Source of the DNA: Octopus vulgaris
Taxonomy: Eukaryota
Assembly: GCA_951406725.2 (NCBI GenBank)
Contig: OX597815.1
Span: 144,832,001 to 144,896,000, forward strand
DNA length: 64,000 bases
Reading direction: 5' to 3'
Every line of letters begins with the position of its first letter. The stretch's first letter is position 1. The notes beneath the pieces are model-generated. The model saw only the letters and a program-made list of their open reading frames with translations, ran no database searches and was not told the DNA's origin. Made by a program: the position numbers and the translations under genes. Shown here one piece after another: positions 37,366 to 48,500 of the stretch.

Positions 37366-37562
37366 TAAGGTTGTCTCTACAGATTTTTCTGTAGAAATTA
37401 TAACCAGCACTAATTTTGCTATGGACATTTTGTATCCGAGACACTATTTTTCATCTTCAATCTTATTGTTGTTTACTTCAGGCATCTTGGATATCAAAAA
37501 TCACAACAAAATCAATGCTGGCTATAATTTCTTTAGAGAAATATCTGTAGAGATAACCTTAA
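37366..37562. mobile_element. MITE with ~55-bp imperfect TIRs
   Basis: aaggttgtctctacagatttttctgtagaaattataaccagca ... tgctggctataatttctttagagaaatatctgtagagataacctt. Confidence 0.65.
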
Positions 37563-37866
37563 GTGATGTAAAGGGCACTGCTAACACAGGAGGACACAGT
37601 ATAGACTTATAAAAACGTTTAATATACCTTGTAGGATATTATTGTTGCATAATGAAATACAGTGTCCCTACAGATCATTCATCATCATCATCATCGTTTA
37701 ACGTCCGCTTTCCAATAAATTTAAGTTATTTATATTATTTTTTCCTTTCATAAGACACACTCATTCCTCATGTATTTCAACATTTATTTTCTCATTAAAT
37801 ACACTGAATAAAAAACACATTTCAATTCTTGATATTCTTTAGTTCTTCATTTTTACATGATTCCAA

Positions 37867-38159
37867 TACATTATTTACATTTGACGGATATTTGTCCTCA
37901 TCATGTTTGTTGTTAACATAAGGTTTTGGCTGATATACCCTCCAGCCTTCGTCAGGTGTCTTGGGGAAATTTCGACCCTGGCTTCTCATTCCTAAGGTAT
38001 TTTTCAATGTTATTATTATTATTATTATTATTCTGATCACTGCCTGGAATCAAACTCAGAATCTTGACACCTGATGAAGGCTGGAGGGTATATCAGCCGA
38101 AACGTTGTGCTAACAACAAACAAGACGAGGACAAATATCTGTCAAATGTAAATAATGTA
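37867..38159. mobile_element. Second Penelope-like inverted terminus, two divergent ~94-bp arms
   Basis: 37867-37960 is the reverse complement of 38066-38159 with few mismatches; each arm has a hammerhead-like core; (TTA)n in the spacer. Confidence 0.7.
38064..38113 (+). ncRNA. Minimal type I hammerhead ribozyme motif
   Basis: ttgacac-CTGATGA(38071-38077)-A-GGCTG-10 nt loop-CAGCC-GAAAC(38099-38103)-GTT-gtgctaa; loopless palindromic stem III AACGTT. Confidence 0.72.
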
Positions 38160-38789
38160 CATAATTCCTTTTCTCTTATGATTCCAATAGTTTACCGAAG
38201 AAATTTTGTTCAAATTTTATGGATAAATAGTGTCTTTTTTCACATTAGCAATAAATAACTCTGATGATAATATATATGGAAGATGATAATATAAACGGTT
38301 TCAAATTTTGGCTCAAGGCCAGCAGTTTCGGAGGAGGAGTAATAAAGTTGATTACTTCAGTGCTAGTGTTCAACTGGTACTTATTTTATTCATCCTGCTC
38401 TCCCCTTCAAAAGAATGAAAGGCAAAGTTGATCTCGTCAGAATGTAAGGACAAATGAAATGATGCCAAGTATTTTTTGCTAGTATGCTTAACATTCTGCC
38501 AGCTGACAGCCTTGCTGTGTGTGTATATTAAGTCACCTAGTCGCAACTCAATCTGATAAAACAATAAAAAAATGTGACCCACTTAACACGTGTGCGTCTT
38601 AATACTATAAATACAAACATATGAGGCAAGCAGTCAGCAGCAATCAGCAGTGCATTTTGCTACTCTACTTTGTCTATCATCATATGACAGTGACGGTGTG
38701 GCGTTCTTGATAAAGACCCTGAAAAGATAAAAACAAGGTCAACTTCAGCAGAATTTGGAACTCAGAACATTAAGAGGGAAGGAAATGCT

Positions 38790-39252
38790 GCAAAAGATGG
38801 GCTACAGCAAATATTCTGCTCAATACCACAGATTTGCTTAACAGTTGCTTGACCATAACCAGTTGAAGATGTCCCTTGGTGGCTGATGATATGTGCATCT
38901 CTGATCTCAAGCAGAAGTAGTGGGGGAGCATCATAGCCATGTGTTGAAAGGAATTCTTTGGGGTTTGAATAATTCCCCTCTGGAAACATGGGTGTTTTGT
39001 TCAACATCCTTAAACGGCCCTTTTTCAGGGACCTTTTGAGCAGGATGGGCTACTCGATCTGAAGAAAATTCTAACTGGGCCCCACCTGCAAGGTCATGCA
39101 CTGTTTATCTTGATATAAGATCACCATGTTGCGCACATATGGTTGTGATGCATGTTCCTAGTGTGCCCTTATCAAATGGGTATATTGGACTTCATACATT
39201 TGTACCCCAGTGTCACTGATGGCATGCACTGCTCTCTCACTCAATAATAATA
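38790..39252 (+). repeat. Interspersed repeat with (AAT)n tail, probably a non-LTR element 3' end; shorter copy 26068-26240
   Basis: shared atcttgatat.agatcaccatgt...gcatgcactgctctctcactcaataataat. Confidence 0.6.
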
Positions 39253-39494
39253 ATCCTTTCTTCTATAGACAGAGGCCTGAAATTTTGGGAAAGGGGGCAA
39301 GTCAGTTAAATTGGTACTTATTTCATTGATCCTGAAAGGATGAAAGGTAAAGTTGACCTTGGTGGAATTTGAACTCAGAATGTAAGGATTGATGAAATGC
39401 CTCTAAGCATTTTGCCTGGCATGCTAATGATTCTGCCAGCTCACCACCTTAGTAGTAGTAATAATAGTAATAATAATAACAGTAACAATAACAA

Positions 39495-39740
39495 CAGAAT
39501 ACTTGCAATGATGTGGCAGTTCAGTACATACACTGGTAAATATGCCACACTTAGAACCTGCTCACAAAGGGAATTGGTGGGAACATAAACCTCCCAGAAG
39601 TAGTGCAGAACGCTGAAGTCACTGTCCTTTGGGATTTCAGTGTTCAAACTGATTGGGAAATTTAACAGGATATCTTGTTGAAAAATTGCATTGAAAAGGC
39701 ATCTTTTGATGGATGCTGCAGCCCTGTTCGACAAAAAAGC
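39495..39740 (+). pseudogene. R4/Dong-like non-LTR retrotransposon fragment, restriction-like endonuclease region
   Basis: frameshifted NDVA..YIHW.IC...NWWEHKP...VQNAEVTVLWDFSVQTD..I..DI...LMD.A; abuts a (TAA)n run. Confidence 0.7.
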
Positions 39741-40625
39741 ACAGCCTGATCCAAACCCAAGTACGAAAGGAGTAGGGTGTTTTTTTTATCTTATATTGCA
39801 GTCATTAGACTGCAGCCATGGTGGGGCACCACCTTTGGGAATTTTAGCTGTTCAGACCAACTCCAGAACTGATTTTATTATCTTTTTTTAAAGCCTGGTA
39901 CTTTTTTGTTTTTTAAGTCTGGTACTTTTCTATCAGCCTCTTTTGCTGAACTGCTAGGTTATGGAGACACCAATTGTCAAACAGTGGTGGTGGGGGCAAA
40001 CACAGTCATAAAGACACAAATGACTTAAGGTTATCTCTACAGTGATGGGCTTCTTTCAGTTTCTGTCAATCAAATCCACTCACAAGGCTTTGGTTGGCCT
40101 GAGACTATGGAAGACATTTGCCCAAGGTTCCCCATAGTGAGACTGAACCTGGAACCATGTGGTTAGGAAGTAAATCCTGCATTATCTTGTAGCCTTCGGA
40201 TTTCGATAATGAGATTGTTTACTTCTAAACTGACATTGTAGGATAAAAGTGAGAGGTTGGATCTGATCAGTTTGAAACAGGAAGAATATTTTAGCTGGAT
40301 ATGACCAGTTTATGCAATAGAGTTAATGGACAAGCTATACTATGGTCAATGTTCGGAAAACAAAAAAAAAAAAAAAAAAAAAAAAGCAATTTGAAAACCA
40401 AGTGGAACAGTAATTTCAACCTTTCAAGTGAGACAAAAAGGTCTCGTTGCTGAGAAAAGGAATGAAAATATGAGAGATACACTCAGCATAAGAGAGGAGG
40501 CATACAGAGTTACACCAGTCACATTGAAGCAAATATTTACAGGTCTGATTTGTAACCACAGATGCATATCCAAGAATAGGGAAGTATAAGTCATTTAAGA
40601 ATTGTTTCTCTATTATATATTTTAA

Positions 40626-40836
40626 CCCTTTTGTTACTGTATTTATTTTGAGATGCTCTGTTTCAATTATTTTAAATATAACAAAGAATTTAGTAAAATA
40701 ACTTATCATTCAAGTAGTGTTAGGAACATAAATTGTGACTAAGGTCTGGAGGAAGATTTTAATTCAGAACTTATGAAAACCAGACATTTGTATTACAGAG
40801 CCAGAGCCAGTCTCAGTTGTGTTGGTAACGAAAGGG
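40626..40836. mobile_element. piggyBac-type MITE; family copies at 41744-41955, ~24705-24760, ~43941, ~54766-54985, ~6040-6342
   Basis: TTAA-cccttttgttac ... gtaacgaaaggg-TTAA. Confidence 0.82.
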
Positions 40837-41131
40837 TTAAAAAAATCCTCAAGTGAAGCAGATTCAACATCACCATTAGATGTATTTTCCCTGCTGATGT
40901 GGGTTGGATGATTTGATAGGAGCTGAAAAGGTCAGAAACCACACCAGATTCCATTGTCTGTTTTGCCATGGTTTCTATGGCTGGGTGCCCTTCCTAATGC
41001 CAATCACTTGACAGAGTGTGTTGGGTGCATTTTATGTGGAACCCACACTGATGCTTTATATGAGGCATCAGCACTCGTCTTTTTTATATGGTTGGATTTT
41101 TCTTCAGTAGAGCAATAACCATAAATTAGAT

Positions 41132-41570
41132 TGTGATTGATGCCAGTACCCCGACTGGCCCCTATGCTGGTAGCACATAAAAAGCACTATCCAAACGTGG
41201 CCGATGCAGTAACCCTTAAATGGCTCCTGTCGGTGGCATATAAAAAGCACCATCTGAATGTGGCCGATGCCAGTACCCCGACTGGCGGAACATAAAAAAC
41301 ACTATTCTTACGTGGCCTATGCCAGTACCCCCTGACTGGCTCCTGTGCCGACGGCATGTAAAAAAGCACCATCCAAACATGGCCTATGCCAGTACTTACT
41401 GACTGGCTCCTGTGCCAGTGGCATGTAAAAAGCACCATCCGAACGTGGCTGATGCCAGTACCCACTGACTGGCCCCTGTGTTCATGGCACATAAAAAGCA
41501 CCATCCGAATGTGGCCGATGCCTGTACCCACTGACTGGCTCCCATGCCAGTGGCACATAAAAAGCACCCA
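41132..41570 (+). repeat. Seven tandem ~66-bp units at the head of a family D element
   Basis: unit cgtggccgat-gccagt-N6-8-actggc-tcct-gtgccrgtggcay-rtaaaaagcacc-atccraa. Confidence 0.9.
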
Positions 41571-42862
41571 CTACACACTTGGAGTGGTTAGCGTTAGGAA
41601 GGGCATCCAGCTGTAGAAATAAACATTGCTAGATCAGATTGGAGCCTGGTGCAGCTGCTGGCTCTCCAGACCTCAGTCAAACCGTCCAACACATGCCAGC
41701 ATGGATAACGGATGTTAAACGATGATGATAATAAACATGTTAACCCTTTTGTTACCATATTTCTATTGAATTGCATGGCTTTTGAATTAATTTTGAAATT
41801 ATTGAAGAATTCAGTAAAATAACTGCCATTATTTAGTTGATATTTTGAACATAAATTAACATGAAAATTTGATGAATGGTTTTAATTTAGATCACTTTAA
41901 AATAAGAAATTTGTATCATAGAACAACCAGCCCTGGTAGGTTGGTATCAAAAGGGTTAAAGAAAATGAGAATGATAAATATTGTTTTTATGAAAGAAATA
42001 AAAAATACAAAACAATTTCAATATTTTAAGTGTTTATTTTGTCAGCAATTTAGTTTTGTATTCTTCCAATATTAATTTAGGAATCTGTGTAAAAACCATA
42101 TATATTATCAATGAAATATAATGGTTCATGATAATGGTTAATGATAATGATGATAAAACCGAAAGTCAATAGAGCTAGAAATGAGACTTGATAATTAAAT
42201 AACCAAGATACAAGATGGTAATTAATGAATGAACAAGAGCTTGTTCCTCAGTGTCCAACGTTATTAACTTCCTAAATGAAAAGCTACAAAACCTTTCTTC
42301 ACCAATCTCTCGCTCTGAAGCTTTCTTCTGTAATAAATATTTGATTTTTAAAAAATTTAAATAATTAAATTCATATTATTTTAAAAAACAAACAAACAAA
42401 AAATCTGCCTAAATTTGTTGGAAGAATACAATGTTTTATCCTTGGGTATCAATCAAGTTTGGCACTTCAGTGTCTTATGCAAAGTTTCATCCCAAAATAC
42501 CATCTTTAATGAAAGAATGTCTTTTAAGATAATTTGCACAGAGTTCCAATGAAAGCTATGGTTGACTTCTCTGCAGGTTTTGAATAACTGACTAGCGCTG
42601 TAGTTACACAAAAAAAATCTAGAAGTAAACCTCACACATTAATCTCTCCAGCTCCATAAACAGCACTTCCCCAACATCGTTAACAAAAATATATTTCAAA
42701 ACTTAAAGAAGGTCTGACTAGCACAGAGGCTGTCTCCAAAATTTTGACTGGTCAATTCAGAATATGTTATGATGCAAGGTTGTAGGTCTATCTATGAAAC
42801 CCGTAGGGTCTTCATCTTGGAAGATCGTTTTGGATGGAATGTTAGGTTTACTTCCGACAAAT

Positions 42863-42874
42863 TCACGTCTTGAG
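42863..42874 (-). CDS. TMEM141-like terminal coding segment (LKT*), 3' UTR continues toward ~42000
   Basis: minus-strand ctcttttttctcttttctctAG acceptor; CTC AAG ACG TGA in phase 0; unique non-repeat sequence follows. Confidence 0.72.
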   Translation of the reverse strand, partial: LKT

Positions 42875-42906
42875 CTAGAGAAAAGAGAAAAAAAGAGGGA
42901 AATGTA

Positions 42907-42954
<48 letters not shown>

Positions 42955-45171
42955 TTATACAACAAAAAAATGGAATAAACAGACTTTAATTACAAATTAC
43001 AATTGTTTCTGTGCAGTGGCAACATCTGCAAGTTGCTGAGTTTTTAGTCTCCTATCACTGCATGAATTGTTTTATAAATATTTACATAAAAAATTATTCA
43101 GCAGCTGCTGTGTGCCAGCATTTCCACAGGTAGGTCACTTTTAAAGCATATATATATAATATATCACACACAACCACAGATACACATATACATGTATGTA
43201 TATATTCATACATACACGTATATTTTGAAAATTAAAGTAAATTTCTTTAATGAAATTAAAATAATCTCAACATTTTATTACAATGACATTGAAATAATGT
43301 ACATACTCGGAAATATGCTCTCTTGATATCACGCGGTGTGACATTGTTAGCAGCTAGGTAGGTCCCAACAGCAGCTGCACCTCCAAATGCTAAATGAAAA
43401 ACAAAACCAAAATATTTATTAACAACTCAATTTTATTTGAAATAAAATACAGAAAACAATAAGCTAAACACGAGGTTAATATCACTAACACAAGGAGTCT
43501 AACTTGTTGCATACTGATTTAATTTTGGGAATTATATATTAGGAGTGGTTGTGAGGTAAGTATCTTGTTTACCAACCACATGGTTCCAGGTTCAGTCCCA
43601 CTGTGAGGCACCTAGGGCAAGTGTTTTCTACTATACCCATGGGCTGACCAAAGCCTTGTGAGTGGATTTAGTAGGCAGAAACTGGAAGAAGCCCATCGTG
43701 TATGCATGTGTGTGTATGTTTGTCCCCCCCCCCCCACGATTGCTTGACAACTGATGCTGGTGTATTTATGTCCCTGTAACTTAGCAGTTCGGCAAAGAGA
43801 CCAATAGAATAAGCACTAGTTTTACAAAGAATAAGTTCTGGGGTTGATTTGTTTGACTAATGTATAAGAAGTTTGTCACATCTATGTGTGTGTGTTGCAG
43901 GTTTCAAAATTAATTTAAATTTCAATAAATAGCTGATTTAACCCTTCTGATACCAACCCACTCAGCCAAACCTACCCCTGGTTCTAGGATTCAAGTTTCT
44001 TTTAAAATGATCTATCAAAATTTCATGTTAATTTGTTCCAAACACCAACTTAATAAGGACAAAATTATTTTACTAAATTTGTCGTTATTTCCAAAATTGA
44101 AACAAACCTATATCGTAGCCGTGGCCATTGCCCTCTGACTGGCTCCCGTGCCAGTGGCATGTAAAAAGCCCCATCCCGACGTGGCTGATGCCAGTACCCC
44201 ATGCTGGTTGCATGTAAAAAGCACTATCTGAACATGATCAATACCAGATCTGCCTAACTGGCTCCTGTGCCGGTGGCACATGAAAAGCATCCACTACACT
44301 CTCAGAGTGGTTGGTATTAAGAAGGGCATCCAGCTGTAGAAACATTGCCAGATCAGATTGGAGCCTGGAGCAGCTGCTGGCTCTCCAGACCTCAGTCAAA
44401 CCATCCAACACATACCAGTATGGAAAACGGATGTTAAATGATGATGATGAAAGCAGTGTATTTCAACAAGAATATGGTAACAAAATGATCTAAATTAGAA
44501 AAAAATGGTTTGGAGCAAGAGTTTACTTACCAAGTGGTATACCTAAACCATGTCTTAAAAGACTAGGGAATCTTCTGCCTACTAAAGCATAGAACCCAAG
44601 GCCACCACTGGCACCTAAAAGATAAGAATACACAAGATTAACAAATCTATTCAAGAAAAAAAACAACAACAACAAACATTTGAGAAATAGTAACAATAGT
44701 GTTTTGAAGAAAATGTTTGTGTGCGTATATATATAGGGGCAGAGAGTATGTTGCAAAAATGAAATTAGCAATGTCAAGAATATTCAATTTGTGTGTCAAT
44801 ATATATATATATATATACATATTTGATATATGTATAAAAGTTATATTTATATAATGTGTGTGTGTTTGTGCACGCGCGCACGCTCTTACATACAATAGCA
44901 ATGTGTGTAGGCATTTACACATACATAGATCTATTATGAAGATATATGAATGTATTTAAGTAAAGGCAGACACTATCCAGAAAGCTTAGACTTTCATACT
45001 GGGTTTGTATATCTTGCATCTTTGTCTTGTTTCACTTTGTTAACTACAGCCATGCTGGGGCACTGCCTAGAAAAATTTTAGCCAAACAGATTGATCCCAA
45101 TATTTATTTTTTTAAATCTGTTAAGTGGTGGTGGGAGATAAATACAAAGATGCACATATATGCACATATAT

Positions 45172-45236
<65 letters not shown>

Positions 45237-45241
45237 CATAC

Positions 45242-45278
<37 letters not shown>

Positions 45279-45549
45279 CATACATACATATATATACATA
45301 CATACATATATATATACATACATACATATATATATATATACATACATACATATATATACATACATACATATATATACATACATACATATATATACATACA
45401 TACATATATATATATACATACATACATATATATACATACATACATATATATACATACATACATACATATATACATACATACATATATATATACATACATA
45501 CATACATATATATATACATACATACATATATACATACATACATATATAT

Positions 45550-45582
<33 letters not shown>

Positions 45583-48500
45583 CATACATACATATATATA
45601 TACATACATACATATATATATACATACATACATATACAGGCTCATACCTTGCAATCCCCTCCAGCTGAGCACTCCTAATCTTGTGCTGGTGCCACGTAAA
45701 AGTAGCTATAGGAAGAGCATCCAGCCACAGAAACCATACCAAAACAGAGAGCCTGAAAAGTCTTTCAGCTAATCACTTCCTGTCAAATCGTCCAATCCAT
45801 GCCAGCATGGAAAAGCGGACGTTGATGATTCAGTGTGACCAAATGAGACTAGGGATATTAATCAACCCTCTTGTCCTTAGTTTAGCTCTTTGGTCTCCTG
45901 CCAGTTGGCTCAGCTTGAAGAGTTCAGTTTGCAATTCTTCCCTATAACATCTGTCACATGTCCATAGTAATGGAGCTTGTGACCTCTCAATGCAGGGGAA
46001 GTAGTGGCTCAACCTGAAGAGAGAGCCCAGATCTCTGAGGTACACCTTGTTGAGTAACAATATTCCAGAGATCCTGTGGAAGGACCCTATTTTGGCTACT
46101 TGTATTCACAATCATACTCTTTTAGTCATTAGCCAATATTCATTGAATATAGGCAAGGAAAGGCATGAATACCGAATTAAGCGAGTTTGGCATTTTTTAC
46201 CAACCTCTCCTGTTTTTTTCTTCTTTTCTATTCTAGGCACAAAGCCCGAGATTATGGGGGAAGGGGCCAGTCAATTAGACTGAGCCCAGTATGTAACTGG
46301 TACTTCTAAGGATAGAATGCTGATGCTGGCAGAGTGATGGTGCCAGCACCTGCAATTCTGGTATCAAATCCAGTCTTTTGTCTTCCACCATTCATGAACA
46401 TTGGCCCTGAGGTACAGAAACTGGAAACAAGAGTATATTTACTTCTATTTTCATTGGTTTCACAAATCAAAATCTTTAAACTGTAACGAACAGCTGTTGA
46501 CTCTAACAGTTTAGTTATAAATATGTATCAGGCATGGCAGTGTAGTAAAGAACTTGCTTACCAACCACATGGCTCCAGGTTCAGTCCCACTACATGGCAC
46601 CTTGGGCAAGTGTCTTCTACTATAGCCTTGGGCCAACCAAAGCCTTGTGAGGGGATTTGATAGACGGAAACTGAAAGAAGCCTGTTGTGTATATGAGTGT
46701 GTGTTTGTCCGCCACCCCCATCACTGCTTGGTAACCCTTGCTGGTGTGTTTATGTCCATGTAACTTAGTAGTTAGGCAAAAAAAGACTGATAAAATAAGT
46801 ACTAAGCTTAAGAAACAAGTCCTGGGATCAATTTGTTTGACTAAAACCCTTCAAGGTAGTGCTCCAGCATGGTTGCAGTCAAATGACCAAAAGAAGTAAA
46901 AGAATAAAAGTATGCATGTATGTATCTATGTTTGTATGTATGTATGTATGTATGTATGTGTGTATGTGTATATATATATATATAGCATTACTAATAGATG
47001 TTCGTAGACCTTATCTTGGGTTTTATCTCCCACTGGTTGGTCATTGATTTTGATACCAGATTTACTTACATACTAATTGTATTTGAGGAATGCAAGTGTG
47101 GCTGTATGGCTAACAAGTTTGCTTCCCCAACCATATGATTTTTGGTTCAATGCTGCTGCATGGCACCTTGGTCAAGTGTTTTCCACTACAGCCCCAAACT
47201 GACCAAAAACCTTGGGATTGGATTTCGTAGATGGAAACTGAAAGCCTGCCCTGGATGTGTTACTGTTTCCTTGCTTTGACATCATATAATGGTTGCAAAT
47301 GACAACCATTGTCATATAAGCAATGTCTGTTGCTAGTCTTCTTTGGAAAGATGTCTGGCCATGGAAAAACATTAGTTTGCTTAGAAACAAGGGGAGTGGG
47401 CGACTGGAAGGGTATCTATCCAGCCACAGAAAATCAGCCCCTCTGTTCAACCCATGTGAGCATGGGAAAGTGGAATTTAAGACAAGGATGATGATGATGA
47501 ATTATAAAAGAATAATTCTAAGAATTACAAAATTTATATTTGATATCAACTACGAATTACATAACATCCATATTAATCAAAATAAACTGCCCTGCTTAAC
47601 ACTGTATGTGCAATGCTTGTGGATACTACATATATATGTGTGTGTCTGTGTGCATGTGTGTGGGTGGGTGCTTAAATATGAGAAGAAAGAGAGAGTATGT
47701 GTGTGTGTGTGAAAGGAAGACAAATTGCTAATTTCAAGATTTGCTTTAGATGAGTAATTTAAATGTTAACAAAAAATATTTCAAAAAATTATAAACTTAT
47801 CAATTTAAGGAATTATGTCAAGGTTTTCTAAAATTCTAAGAACAGTTCAGAACAAATAAAACAATGAGTTTAAATTTTACTTAGCATCACCATCATTATT
47901 TTATTAATATTATTATCAACTGTTATGTCCACTTAAAAAAATCCCACTAACATTATTATAATTATTTTTATTATTACTTACTAGACGTAATAGATCTGGA
48001 GAAGAGATATTTGGCAACATATTTTAATCAGAGTGAAACCATAAACCTTAAATATCAATATTTACCAGTAATTGTAACACTTAGACAATTGTTACTATTT
48101 AACAATCAAACTAAAGAACATATTGAATTCAATAGAATTAAGTAGTGTTCTAATTTAGAGCTAATGATATTAATGATGATAATAATAATCCTTTCTACTA
48201 TAGGCATAAGGCCTGGATTTTCTGGGGAGAGAGACAGTTGATGACATTGACCCCAGTAGTCAACTGGTACTTAATTTATTGATCCCGGAAGGATGAAAAG
48301 CAAAGTTTGACCATGGCGGGATTTGAACTCAGAACGTAAAGATAAAATGAAATACCACTAAGCATTTCGCCCAGTGTGCTAACGATTCTGCCAGCTCGCC
48401 GCCTTCAATAATAATAGTTTCAAATTTTGCCACAAGGGCAGCAATTTTGGGGGAGAGGTTGAGTTGATTACATCAATCCTCAAAGGATGAAAGGCAAAGT

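Noticed and set aside
41132-41570. CRISPR-like array (also 15897-16185)
   Set aside because: Units are similar along their whole length with no unique spacers, belong to a dispersed retroposon, and there are no cas genes
45027-45772. Six long YI/HT/VC-rich ORFs
   Set aside because: Translations of a stop-free (TA)/(TACA) microsatellite
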